NCBI GenBank assembly: GCA_038087875.1
Contig: CM075989.1
Coordinates: 5,952,001-6,016,000 of the forward strand
Length of the DNA: 64,000 nucleotides
Direction of reading: 5' to 3'
Source of the DNA: Malacoraja senta
Lineage: Eukaryota
Shown here: one piece after another, positions 1 through 11,668 of the stretch
Position numbering within the stretch: position 1 is the stretch's first letter
How the letters are laid out: every line of letters starts with the position of its first letter
Translations under genes and position numbers: made by a program
The notes under the pieces: model-generated
The model's input: the letters and a program-made list of their open reading frames with translations, nothing else
Told to the model about the DNA's origin: nothing
Databases searched by the model: none

Positions 1-558
1 AGAGTCGGTTTGTCAAGGAGAACTCTCTCTAACTTCTACAGGTGCACAGTAGAGAGCATGCTGACCGGTTGCATCGTGGCTTGGTTCGGCAACTTGAGTG
101 CCTTGGAGAGGAAAAGACTACAAAAGGTAGTAAACACTGCCCAGTCCATCATCGGCTCTGACTTCCCTTCCATCGAGGGCATCTATCACAGTCGCTGCCT
201 CAAAAAGGCTGGCAGTATCATCAAAGACCCACACCATCCTGGCCACACACTCATCTCCCTACTACCTTCAGGTAGAAGGTACAGGAGCCTGAAGACTGCA
301 ACGACCAGGTTCAGGGATAGCTACTTCCCCACAGCCATCAGGCTATTAAACCTGGCTCGGACAAAACACGGAACTTTATTAGCCAATTAACTGTTATTTG
401 CACTTTATGAGTATATTGATTCATGTGTGTATATATTTATAGAATGCCTTGTAGTCAATGCCTACTATGTTCTGTTGTGCTGAAGCAAAGCAAGAATTTC
501 ATTGTCCTATCAGGGACAGATGACAATAAACTCACTTGAACTTGAACTTGAACTTGAA
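1..558 (+). mobile_element. Rex1/Babar-like LINE 3' end (ORF2 C-terminus, 3'UTR, (CTTGAA)n tail), cut by window edge
   Basis: ORF 10-390 (FYRCTVESMLTGCIVAWFGN...RLQKVVNTAQSIIG...RFRDSYFPTAIRLLN); AATAAA then CTTGAA repeats at about 535-558; near-identical to 8544-9237 and 43457-44020. Confidence 0.85.
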
Positions 559-865
559 TTATTGATGTAACAGGTAATCTCTAGCCTATAATGCGCTGGC
601 AAACAGGAAACTCCCGAGTGTGGTTCAAATTAATAACAGATTACATCAGGTATCCAATGAGATGACAAAATACATCAAGCAGGTCACTTGAGATCATGAG
701 GCCTTTGCCTTGGAATTGGCAGTGATCCATTGCATCACCTCAACTCCACGATCCCCAATGAAAGTAAACCATACAATGATCGATGGACCAACCTCCTGCC
801 ACTGGCACGTTATTCTGGCGAACGGAGATATCTCCAGGCAGCAACGGAGACAACTGGTCTTATCT

Positions 866-1148
866 GTTTTAGTTTAGAGATACAGCGCGGAAACAGGCCC
901 TTCAGCCCACCGAGTCTGCACCGACCAACGATCCCCGCACACTATCCTACACACACCAGGGACAATTTACACTTACACCAACCCAATTAACCTGCAAACC
1001 TGTACGTCTTTGTGTGGGAGGACACCGAAGATCTCGGGGTAAACCCACGTGGTCGCGGGGAGAACATACAAACTGCGTACAGACAGCACCTGCCGTCGGG
1101 ATCGAACCCGGGTCTCCGGCGCTGTAAGGCAGTAACTCTACCGCTGTG
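866..1148 (-). mobile_element. tRNA-derived V-SINE (HE1-like)
   Basis: Reverse complement shows A-box remnant GCGGTAGAG, B-box GGTTCGATCC, central conserved domain and GGGCCTGTTTCC...(TAAAC)n tail. Confidence 0.8.
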
Positions 1149-1573
1149 CCTCTATGCTGCCCTACTGATGCCGAGACTGGTGAAGACCTGCCTGTGGGGC
1201 TGGTGAAAACAGTGAATGTGAGTGTCCAAAAAATAGTTGGAGAAACACTAGACAGAGAATATCCTACAGGGCTTTGAAGACACAACAAGGGAAATGGCAC
1301 CCTATTGCCAGCAGGGATCTGATGGGCTGAGTGACCATGTGCTGTCCCATAGGGTTCTATAATACCCCTCTAGTTGCCCCTTCCTTTTACTCCGTCTAAC
1401 CAACTGTTGGATTGCTAGAACTAGGTCACTGCACAAAATAATATTTCTTCACCGATCATTTTGTCCTGGCTTTGCCATTGAAACCAGGCAATGTAATTCC
1501 ACTTCCCTGAAGTAATCAGCTGTAAAAATATTCCCCAACTTTGTGGTAAGAAAGAGGGAAGCAGTCCATATGG

Positions 1574-1930
1574 AACGTAGAACAGTGCAGCACAGAGTCA
1601 GGCCCTTTGGCCCACAATGTTTGTGCCGAACATGATGCCAGGAATAAACTAATCCCATCTGCCTGCACAAGATCAGTATCCCTCCATTCCCTGCATATCC
1701 ATGTGCCTACCTAAAACCCTCTCAATCGCCACTATTGTATCTTCCCCCAGCATCAACCTTGGCAATGCGTTCCAGGCACCCACCACCCTCTGTGTAAAAA
1801 AACCTGCTCCGCACATCGCCTTTAAACTCTGCTCCTCTCTTAAAGTTCTGCCCTCTAGACTTTGACATTCTTACCCCTTGGAAGAAGCTTCTGACTGTCT
1901 ACTATATACTTCTATCAGGTGTCTCCTCAT
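1574..1930 (-). mobile_element. CR1 LINE 3' fragment, degenerate
   Basis: Reverse complement of TTTTACACAGAGGGTGGTGGGTGCCTGGAA (FTQRVVGAWN) and GGGCCAAAGGGCCTG tail. Confidence 0.7.
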
Positions 1931-2339
1931 GAGTACCTGAGAGGGATGTACCACCACACCTGGCAGTGCACTCTAGGCGATCACCATCCTCAAACGTAAG
2001 GATATGCTGGAATATTCATTTACTCTGCTATAATACAGCTGATATTTCATACATCTGTTTTGCATGCCAAAAGACAATCCCAGACTTTTCTGCTTTTCAG
2101 TGCTTCTAATCCAATTAAATACCTCAGTTAGATAAGCCCTCTAAATGCATCGGAATATGGTCTAACTACATTTATGCTTTTCTCATCTAGTGTCTGACTG
2201 AGGCTCTGTACAAATGGAAGGTCACCTCGATGATCTAACCCCTTGAAATTGCCTTCAGCGCCGTGATGTTGTCATGTAGCAAGCTAGAAGGCAATCTGTT
2301 TTACCACTTCCACAGAATATAGAGGTCTCTGGTTTTGTT

Positions 2340-3219
2340 TACTTTAGGCTTTAGAGATACAGTGCGGAAACAGGCCCTTCGGCCCACCGAGTCCGTGCCG
2401 AGCAGCAATCATCGCTTACACTAGCACCATCCTGCACATTGGGGACAATTGACATTTTTTTCCTTCAAACCTGTACCTCTTTGGAGTGTGGGAGGAAACC
2501 ATTTCACCCATGGAAAACCCATGCGGTCACAGGGAGAATGTATAAACTCCGGACAAACAGCAACCTAAAGGGACTGTCTCACTTGGGCGACCTAATTGGC
2601 GAGTTTAGAAGTGTTTGAAAAAATGACATGTTGAAGACCTCCTTCGACCTCCTTCGACCTCCTTCGACTATGTTGAAGACCAGCTACGACTAACTACGAC
2701 TAACTTCGGGAAAATTGGACACCGAATAGTGGAGAGTGAAGACGACCTCCTTCGATCTCCTTCGACCTCCCTTCGACCTCCCTTCGACCTCCCTTCAACT
2801 ATGATGAAGACTTACGACTACCTTCGACTACCTTCGACTACCTTCGACTACCCTCGATTACCTACGATTAACATGCCGACCTACTACGACCTACTACGAC
2901 TAAACCTTGGAGTAAAAAAAGTATCGATTTTTTCCATGGCGACCTTTTTTTACTCGCGGGCATTTTTTAAACATTTTGATAAAAACGCCGCGACCTAGCT
3001 GAGGCCTCGAGTACGCGGAGACCACTCTCGAACATGAAGGAGAGTTACGAAGACCTCCTACGACTTCGTGTCGTCCATGCTGCGAGTGTGAGTCGAGGGC
3101 AAACTCGCCAGAACTCGCGGATTAGGTCGCCCAAGTGGGACAGGCCCTTAAGTCAGGATCGAACCCGGGTCTCTGGTGCTTTAAGGCAGCAACTCTACCG
3201 CTGCGCCACTGTGCCGCCC
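2340..3219 (-). mobile_element. V-SINE interrupted by a MITE at 2569-3148
   Basis: SINE tail and body at 2340-2565 continue as the tRNA head at 3152-3219. Confidence 0.8.
2569..3148. mobile_element. PIF/Harbinger-like MITE with internal CCTTCGAC/CTACGAC tandem repeats
   Basis: TIR AGGGACTGTCTCACTTGGGCGACCTAAT / ATTAGGTCGCCCAAGTGGGACAGGCCCT; TAA TSD at 2566-2568 and 3149-3151. Confidence 0.85.
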
Positions 3220-3577
3220 TTCACGATCTTCGGTATTTTCACCAGTGAGGATGGCATCAGTGAAGGATATCAATAGATTTGTATAACTTTTGTATTGCAA
3301 GTCCAGCTATAATTATTGACCAAACGCACCAGGTGCCAAGGTGGGGTTTGACCTCACTTTCCCAGATCGGTGGTTTGGATCTTTGGCTGCTTTTGCAGCA
3401 ATTTAACCACTGTGTTACTGAAACTTAGTGTAAAAGCTACGCAAGTTCTATCCTGGGAAGAGCTTGCCGGGTGGGCTGAGGATAAGGTTCAATGATCTTG
3501 TCAAAATCTCCCTGGAAAATTGCACCATTTCCAGGTCCTTGACTGCTCAAAGTGGCAAAGACAAATTCAGAGTGGCC

Positions 3578-4110
3578 TTAGTTGAGTTTAGTTTATCGCT
3601 ATATGTACCGAGGTACAGTGAAAAGCTTTTGTTGCATGCTATCTAGTGAGTGGAAAGACAATACATGATTACAATCTAGCCTTTTACAGTGTAATGTTTA
3701 GTGCAAGGTAAAGCCAGCAAAGTCCGATCAAGGATAGTCCAAGGGTCACCAGTTAGGTAGATATAGTTCAGGACTGCTCTCTGGTTGTGGTGGGATGATT
3801 GAGTTACCTGATATCAGCTGGGAAGAAACTGTCCCTGAATCAGGAGGTGTGTGTTTTCACACTTCTATACCTTTTGCCTGATGGAAGCGGGGAGAAGAGG
3901 GATTGGCCAGGGTGCGACGTCCTTGATTATGCTGCTGGCCTTGCCAAGGCAGCGTGAGGTATAAATGTAGTCAATGGAAGGGAGGTTGGTTTGTGTGATG
4001 GTCTGGGCTGCGTCCACCATTTGCTGCAATTCCTTGCGGCCTTGGATGGAGCTGTTCCCAAACCAGGCTGTGAGGCATCCCGATAAAATGCTTCCTACGG
4101 CACACCCTGG
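3578..4110 (-). mobile_element. Rex1/Babar-like LINE 3' end, second family, (AAACT)n tail
   Basis: ORF 3865-4116 (SILSGCLTAWFGNSS...LQQMVDAAQTITQTNLPSI); related pieces at 15126-15200, 23890-24055, 34556-35016, 63530-63575. Confidence 0.75.
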
Positions 4111-4274
4111 TCCCATCTGTCACGGAGAGCCCCGAGTTACTGGTGGATGAAGAGGACCAGCTCACAGGCTACCCACTCATCCATCCTAAGATGCTTCTCC
4201 TTCCTCTCAGTGAATGAGTGTCACATTAGCCTCCCCACCCATCTCTGAACCCAAAAAACTAGAGCCTCGATCAT

Positions 4275-4870
4275 AAGGCATAGGATCAGAACTAGGCCAT
4301 ATGGCCCATTGAGTCCAGTCTGCTATTTTGCTTATGGCTGATTTATTTTCCCCTCTCAACCCCTTTCTCCTGTCTTCTCCGCTTAACCTTTGACACCCTA
4401 AAGGGCCTGTCCCACTTTCCCCGAGTTACTCACGAATTCTCCCGAGTTTTCCACTTGATTCAAACTCTGAGAATTACGGTAATAGCCGGCCGTAGGTACG
4501 CGGGGCTATTTTTTCACTCGTGGACATTTTTCAACATGATGAAGAAAATGTTCCCACTTACCTGATGCCCCGAGTACCTACGGCTGGCATTACGAGGCGC
4601 TACGATATATCTACGGCCTCCTGCGGACTCACTACGGACATTCCCCGAGTTTGAATCAAGGGGAAAACTCGGGAGAATTCGTGAGTAACTCAGGAAAGTG
4701 AGACAGGCCCTTTACTAATCAAGAACCTATAAATCTCCATTTAAAAAAAATACACAAGGCCTCCACAGCCGTCCATGGCGATTAATTCCATAGATTCACC
4801 ACGCACTTATCTCAAGATGTTCCTCTTCATCTCCATTCTAAAAGTAGGTCCTTTTATTCTGTGGCTATGC
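4275..4870 (-). mobile_element. CR1 3' fragment interrupted by a MITE at 4402-4711
   Basis: CR1 3'UTR ...TGACACCC|CTAATCAAGAACC... is continuous across the MITE. Confidence 0.7.
4402..4711. mobile_element. PIF/Harbinger-like MITE
   Basis: Long TIR AGGGCCTGTCCCACTTTCCCCGAGTTACTCACGAATTCTCCCGAGTTTTCC and its inverse; flanks TAA (left) and TTA (right). Confidence 0.85.
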
Positions 4871-5399
4871 CTTGAGGGGGAGTCTAGGAAGAAGCCAATG
4901 CTTGCGAATGTATGATGCAGTAGCTACCTACACCATACACCACCTCCCTGGACACTCAAAATATAGTCTGAAGAAGGGTCCTGACCCTCAGTCGTCGCCT
5001 GTCCATGTCCTCCAAAGATGCTGCCTGACCCGCTGAGTTACTCCAGCACTTTGTGCTCTGTGGTAGCTGTAGGTACTTCAGTGAAATTAGACAGAAAAAG
5101 TCGGAAACACTCAGCAGCTCACGTAGCAACCTAGGCCAGATAAACAGAGTTAAGGTTTCAGATCAGTGATATCTGGTCAGCAGTGCTGTGACTGAGAATG
5201 GTTTAGGTTCAGAGATGAGAGAAAGATTGGATCCCAGATCGGAAGCAGTGAGTTCTGTAGGACATGGAGTGATATCGGATTTCCAGTGTATGCCGCTGTT
5301 CGAATTTAAATCTGTTTTCATGTTGATAGAGTCATAGAGACACAGAGAAATGCAGCATGGAAACAGGCACTTTGGCCCAACTTGTCCTTACTGAACATG

Positions 5400-5726
5400 G
5401 GCAGCCACAGTGGCGCAGCGGTAGAGTTGCTGCCTTACAGCGAATGCAGCGCAGGAGACCCGGGTTCGATCCTGACTGTGGGTGCTGTCTGTACGGAGTT
5501 TTACGTTCTCCCCGTGACCTGCGTGGGTTTTCTCCGAGATCTTCGGTTTCCCCCCACACTCCAAAGACGTACAGGTTTGTAGGTTAATTGGCTTGGTAAA
5601 TGTAAAAAATGTCCCTAGTGGGTGTAGGATAGGGTTGATCCGCTATACTGGGGATCGCTGGTCGGCGCGGACCCGGTGGGCCGAAGGGCCTGTTTCCACG
5701 CTGTATCTCTAAACCAAACTAAACTA
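5400..5726 (+). mobile_element. V-SINE, full length
   Basis: TGGCGCAGCGGTAGAG A-box, GGTTCGATCC B-box, central domain, GGGCCGAAGGGCCTGTTTCC...(AAACT)n tail. Confidence 0.85.
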
Positions 5727-5814
5727 AGCCAGTCCCATTTGCCCGTGCTTGGACCGTATCCTTCTAAACCTTCCTATCCATGTGCCTAAAGAGATGCCTT
5801 GCTTTGACAAACAA

Positions 5815-6015
5815 TTCCTGGTGAGCTTCGCGAGAAAATGCCATGCGATCCTCTCTGGTTGAGCGGGCAGATGGGGGATTTGATTTAAGAACCCATCGGA
5901 AAGGCAGCAGTGCCAAGAGTACAGCACTCCATCTGCGCTCCAGCAGAGAGTGTGCTGAGAAATCTCTGCGCTACTCCCCAGAGTGGGACTTTAATCCAAA
6001 GAACACAATATCTTA
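5815..6015 (-). mobile_element. Ancient DeuSINE (SacSINE1-like) relic
   Basis: Resembles, from memory, the Deu-domain consensus (GCCATGcGATC...GGGCAGATGGG...CAGCACTCC...GAGTGGGACTT); similar relics at 15320-15530 and 36630-36720. Confidence 0.5.
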
Positions 6016-6624
6016 CACTAACTGGCACATCAATTTGGATTTGTGTGTTGACTCAAACCATTCCCACGCAATAGAAACTAACACAAAAAATGGGTTTGAG
6101 AATCAAAAAATCAGTTTGGTAACATGGAATAAAAGTGAAGCAGAATAAACACGAGTTAAAATGGTGGCCTTCGCACTGACTATCGAATGTCTCACACCTT
6201 GCAAGGTACCTTCATCATACTCCATTATTGTCATGCCTTAGATTAAAGAGCCTGGTTAACAAATCGGTTCAGAGTGTAGAACAGTATGAAAAGCAGGATT
6301 GAAACGTTTAAGAGATTATCTGGGAATTCATAAGAGGATCAATTATTGAATCATAGAGTCAAAGAGTGATACAGTGTGGAAACAAGCCCTTCGGCCCAAC
6401 TTGCCCACACGGACCAACATATCCCATCCACACTAGTCCCACCTGCCTGCATTTGGCCCGTACCTCTGTTTTTTTAAAGAATTTTGAGACTTTTCCCAAT
6501 CAGTGGATTTGGTAGTTATTTCAGATTGGGAATCTACAATCTATGCTGATTCCAATAATTCCCTTCCAAGTGGAAATTATTTTCTCTGAAGCATCCAATT
6601 CCCTTTCAAACTCCTGATTTTCTT

Positions 6625-6867
6625 TTTCATACAGAAAGTTGTGAGTCTGTGGAATTCTCTGCCTCAGAGGGCGGTGGCGGCCGGTTCTCTGGATACTTTC
6701 ACGAGAGAGCTAGCTAGGGCTCTTGACGATAGCGGAGTCAGGGGATATGGGGAGAAGGCAGGAACGGGGTTCTGATTGGGGATGATCAGCCATGATCACA
6801 TTGAATGGCGGTGCTGGCACGAAGGGCCGAATGGCCTACTCCTGCACCTATTGTCTATTGTCTATTG
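6625..6867 (+). mobile_element. CR1 3' end
   Basis: VVSLWNSLPQRAV-type coding end, GAAGGGCCGAATGGCCTACTCCTG hairpin region, (CTATTGT)n tail. Confidence 0.8.
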
Positions 6868-7623
6868 ATTTGAACACTCTCCACATAAACCAGTTTTTCC
6901 CCTTGCATCCTTTCCCCATGGCTTGAAGCCTACGCCCCTTGGTCCTTCAACCATCTGCTCATGGAGATAGCTTCTCTTCACTCCGCCTGCTGAAACACAG
7001 CGCTTTTGTCAAATCCTCTGCTGACCTTGTGGTCGATATGCTCCAGCCTCCACAGGACCTGCGAGTCCCACATTTCCTCCCATGGCCTCGGCTGTATCCA
7101 GAAGCACAACTAAACCTTCAGTAGACGCTTGTTCGAGCACTTCCATCCCTTTTCAAGCCTGGAGCAGCCCGGGTGAACTTCACCCTGCCTGAGGCGTGAA
7201 GCGTTCTTCTTGTTCCTTTGTTCCCGCTTGCGGTTAATCACCAGAAACACATGAGAGGACATGCTGAAGTGCGCTGAACTCTGCCCCTCAGCATGCCGTG
7301 TGATATGGAGGATATTATTTCCTGAACAATGCATCTTCTATATCAGCCTGTGAAAAGGAATTCCTTCCCATGGTCGGCTCTGTATCCATAAGCTCTGCGA
7401 TCAATCTTCCGAATGCCCAGAATGTAAACAATCAAATTAAAAGGCAGTGCTTTCCTGTGGATAGTTCTGTCGTGTCAGGGTTTGAAGGGGCATTGGCGGG
7501 TGGGCCACACACCACACAATGACCAAACCTCATTCCCAGTGTGTGCATGACGGGATGAGTGGTCACAAGTATGAACTCCAGGATCCCACACTGACCCAGT
7601 GGAAGAGAACATCACCAAACAAG

Positions 7624-8303
7624 GGAGGTCACGGTGGCGCAGCGGTAGGGTTGCTGCCTTACAGCGAACGCAGCGTCGGAGACCCGGGTTCGATCCTGAC
7701 TACGGGTGTTGTCTGTACGGAGTTTGTACGTTCTCCCCGTGACCTGCGTGGGTTTTCTCCGAGAACTTCTGTTTCCTCCCACACTCCAAAGACGTACAGG
7801 TTTGTAGGTTAATTGGCTTGGTTAAAGAGCCTGTCCCACTGTACGAGGTAATTCAAGAGTTCTCCCGAGTTTTCCCCTGATTCGAACTCGGAGATTGTCC
7901 GTAGCGGGTCCGTAGGAGTTCGTGGATGTCCCGTAGCGGCTCGTAATGCTAACGGTAGGTACTCGGGAAATCCAGTAAACTCGTGACGTTTTTTCAAAAC
8001 TGTGAAAAATGTCCACGAGTAAAAAAGTGCTCGTGATGAAAAAAATTGTTACTTTTTACTCGTACGAGCCGCTGCGAGACCTCCACGAATTCCCATGGAC
8101 CCGCTACGGACAATCTCCGAGTTCAAATCAGGGGAAATCTCAGGAGAAATCTCGTGAATTACCTCGTACAGTGGGACAGGCCCTTAAATGTAAAAATTGT
8201 CCCTAGTGGGTGTAGGATAGTGTTAATGTGCGGGGATCGCTGGTCGGCGCGGACCCGGTGGGCCAAAGGGCCTGTTTCCGCGCTCTATCACTAAAACTAA
8301 AAC
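7624..8303 (+). mobile_element. V-SINE interrupted by a MITE at 7826-8184
   Basis: Head 7624-7700, body to 7822, resumes ATGTAAAAATTGTCCCTAG at 8188. Confidence 0.85.
7826..8184. mobile_element. PIF/Harbinger-like MITE
   Basis: TIR AGAGCCTGTCCCACTGTACGAGGTAATTCA / TGAATTACCTCGTACAGTGGGACAGGCCCT; TAA TSD at 7823-7825 and 8185-8187. Confidence 0.85.
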
Positions 8304-8543
8304 TCCCCTCACTTGTATCTACCTATCACTTGTGCAGGAAGGAACTGCAGATGCTGGTTTACACCGAAAATAGACACAGAATGCGAGAGTAACTCAGCGG
8401 GACAGGCAGCATCTCTAGAGAATAGGAATATTCCTTTTCTCTGAGACCTATTCTCCAGAGATGCTGCCATATCCATGTAGTTACTGCAGCATTATGATGC
8501 CCATCTGTCCACCTGTCACTTGCCAGGCCTTGTCCTGTCCGCC

Positions 8544-9237
8544 AATCAACGGGTCGATGGTTGAAAGGGTCAAGAGCTTCAAATTCCTGGGCGTGCACAT
8601 CTCTGAAGATCTTTCCTGGTCCGAGAACACTGATGCCATTATTAAGAAAGCACATCAGCGCCTCTACTTCCTGAGAAGATTACGGAGAGTCGGTATGTCA
8701 AGGAGGACTCTCTCTAACTTCTACAGGTGCACGGTAGAGAGCATGCTGACCGGTTGCATCGTGGCTTGGTTCGGCAACTTGAGCGCCCTGGAGAGGAAAA
8801 GACTACAAAAAGTAGTACACATTGCCCAGTCCATCATCGGCTCTGACCTCCCTTCCATCGAGGGGATCTATCACAGTCGCTGCCTCAAAAAGGCTGGCAG
8901 TATCATCAAGGAGCCACACCATCCTGGCCACACACTCATCTCCCTACTACCTTCAGGTAGAAGGTACAGGAGCCTGAAGACTGCAACGACCAGGTTCAGG
9001 AATAGCTACTTCCCCACAGCCATCAGGCTATTAAGCCTGGCTCGGACATAACACTGAACTTTATTAGCCAATACTGTTATTTGCACTTTATCAGTATATT
9101 GATTCATGTGTGTATATATTTATAGAATGCCTTGTAGTCAATGCCTACTATGTTCTGTTGTGCTGAAGCAAAGCAAGAATTTCATTGTCCTATCAGGGAC
9201 ACATGACAATAAACTCACTTGACTTGACTTGACTTGA
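8544..9237 (+). mobile_element. Rex1/Babar-like LINE, 5'-truncated, inserted in a Penelope-like terminal fragment
   Basis: ORF 8461-9051 (VERVKSFKFLGVHISEDLSW...KKAHQRLYFLRRLRR); (CTTGA)n tail; host fragment 8505-8543 continues at 9238-9400. Confidence 0.85.
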
Positions 9238-9601
9238 CCTCTCCTCCAGATTTCTCACCCACCACCACACTGCAATCAGTGTGAAGAAGGCTCCCGACCT
9301 GAAACTTGCCCATCCATGGCCTCCAGAGATGCTGCCTGACACATATAGCTACTCCAGCACTCTGTGTCCTTTTTTGTAAGCCCGTAACTGCAGTTCCTTA
9401 TGTCACTGCACCTTATGTGTCTGCACCTTATGTGTCCCGATCAATGTCTAATAATCCCACAGCTCCAACCCCTCGTTTAATCCTGACCTCCATGGCTGTC
9501 TATGTGGAGTTTGTACCCATGGCCCCTGTGACTGGATTTGCAGGAAGGAACTGCAGCTGCTGGTTTAAATCAAAGATAAGACACAAAATGCTGGAGTAAC
9601 T

Positions 9602-9920
9602 GGGCGGTCACGGTGGCGCAGCGGTAGAATTGTTGACTCACAGCGAACACAGTGCCGGAGACCCTGGTTCGATCCTGACTACGGGTGCTGTCTGTACGGA
9701 GTTTGCACGTTCTCCCCGTGACCTGCGTGGGTTTTCTCCGAGGTATTCGGTTTCCTCCCACACTCCAGACTTACAGGTTTGTTGGTTAATTGGCTTAATA
9801 AATGTAAAAAATTATCTCTAGTGGGTGTAGGATAGTGTTAATGTGCGGGGATCGTTGGTCGGCGCGGACCCGGCGGGCTGAAGGGCCTGTTTCCGCGCTG
9901 TATCTCTAAACTAAACTAAA
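9602..9920 (+). mobile_element. V-SINE inserted into a hammerhead-family unit
   Basis: Host GCTGGAGTAACT|CAGCGGGACAGG is split by the SINE, with AACT on both sides. Confidence 0.85.
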
Positions 9921-10785
9921 CTCAGCGGGACAGGCAGCATCTCTGGAGAAAAGGAATAAGTGACGTTTTCTCCGAGACCTATTCCATTTCTCTTCCTGTC
10001 CCTGCTGAGTTACTCCAGCATTTTGTATCTATCTCCCTATTTATACTAATCCCACCTGCCCGTGTTTGGCCCGTACCCCCCTAAACCTTTCCTGTCCATG
10101 TACCTGTCCATATGTCTTTTAATTGATGTTATAGTATCTGTCTCCTGTAGATGAGACATGTTGGCCGGTGTAGGCAAGTTGGGCCGAAGGGCGTGTTTCC
10201 ACACTGTATCACTCTATGACTCAAGAACTGATCCGGTATCAATCCTGTTTTTCTTACACATCTACACTCTGAACCAATTTCTTAAGCAATAGTGAAACAG
10301 GGTCTTCAATCAAAGTGAAGAGGAAACAGTTAAAAATGTGAAATAGCAAGCCTTCATTTCAATTCAGCAGCTGTTTATTGCTTTGGCTATGTGATATATC
10401 ACTTGCTATCACATCTGGCAGTGAATTATAGGATGACTGTGATTGATTGAGCAATGGCCAACTTGGTTGTCCGTAATAGATAAGTGTGCATATGTATTGT
10501 GATTCAATCAGAGAATCTGGATTGAGAAGGAGGCGATATATTAGATGAGCTCAGAACAATGTCATCACTGTTTAAAAATAAGGGGCTGCTTATTTCAGGG
10601 AAAAAACAGGTGATTTTTTTTTCTCTTGTGAAGGAAGAGGCTGGTGAATTGCTTCCTCAAAGGATGGTGGAAGTAGAGGCCTAGATTATTGTTAAGGCAA
10701 GCCTGACTAACAGAGAGGTGAAGGGTGACAGTTCAGAGGTGGGTTTCACTCAGATTAGCCATGTTTGTATTGAATAGCAAAGAAG

Positions 10786-11065
10786 GTTTAGTTTAGAGAT
10801 ACATCACGGAAACAGGCCCTTCGGCCCACCGAGTCCACAATCACCCACACACGAATTCTATCCAACACACGAGGGACACTTTTTACAGAATCCAATTCAC
10901 CTACAAACCTGCATGTCTTTGGAAACCGGAGCACCTGGAAAAAACCCATGAGGTCACAATGAGAACGTGCAAACTCTGCACGGACAGTACCTGTAGTCAG
11001 GATTGAACCCGGGTCTCTGGCGCCCGTGAGGCAGCAACTCTGCCACTGCGCCAATTTGCCGCCCC
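10786..11065 (-). mobile_element. V-SINE
   Basis: Same head and tail motifs on the minus strand. Further copies (approximate): 12880-13175+, 16350-16661+, 18850-19134-, 20491-20940-, 37774-37997-, 38800-39080-, 39123-39383-, 44269-44513+, 48427-48727-, 50172-50406+, 53441-53730+, 54104-54405+, 55236-55498-, 55735-56390+ (three), 59751-60056+, 61483-61900-, 62817-63133+. Confidence 0.8.
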
Positions 11066-11576
11066 GGTCAAGTACATCCTGGTCACTCTTGCTACTAACT
11101 AGTACGTTTTTATGTTGATATATCGATGTTGGTTAGTGCTCAAGGGAATAATGGGGAAACTGGACTTAGTGCGAGCTGGGACACTGGGAGTGTGGGGTGG
11201 ACTGAACTGTGCAAACAAGAGACCATACAATCTTCTCATTCTAAATGTTCAGAGGGATATGGGCTAAACGTGTGCAGATGGGACTAGTGTCGACTGGGCA
11301 TCTTGGTCAGCATGGGCAAGTTAGGCCCAAGGATCTGTCTCTGTGCTGTATAAGTTTATAAGTGCTAGGAGCAGAATAAGGCCATTTGGCCCAATCAAGT
11401 CTACTCCGCCATTCAATCAGGGCTGATCGATCTTTCCCTCTCAACCCCATAACCTCTGACAATCAAGAATCTGTCAATCTACACCTTAAAAATATCCATT
11501 GGCCTCCACAGCCTTCTGTGACAATGAATTCCACAGGTTCACCAACTTCTGGCTAAAGAAATTACTTCTTTAGGTA

Positions 11577-11668
11577 CTGAAGAAGGGTTTTGGCCCGAAA
11601 AGTTGCCTATTTCCTTCGCTCCATAGATGCTGCCGCACCCGCTGAGTTTCTCCAGCACTTTTGTCTAC
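11577..11668 (+). mobile_element. Solo hammerhead-bearing Penelope-type short unit (variant B) inside a CR1 fragment
   Basis: CTGAAGAAGGGTTTTGGCCCGAAA start; CTTCTTTAGGTAC repeated at 11565-11577 and 11669-11681. Confidence 0.7.

Noticed and set aside
2630..2905. CRISPR-like short repeat array
   Set aside because: No unique spacers and no cas genes; eukaryotic MITE interior
5400..5480. tRNA gene-like A and B boxes, many copies
   Set aside because: These are SINE heads that continue into SINE body and tail; no complete cloverleaf or terminator
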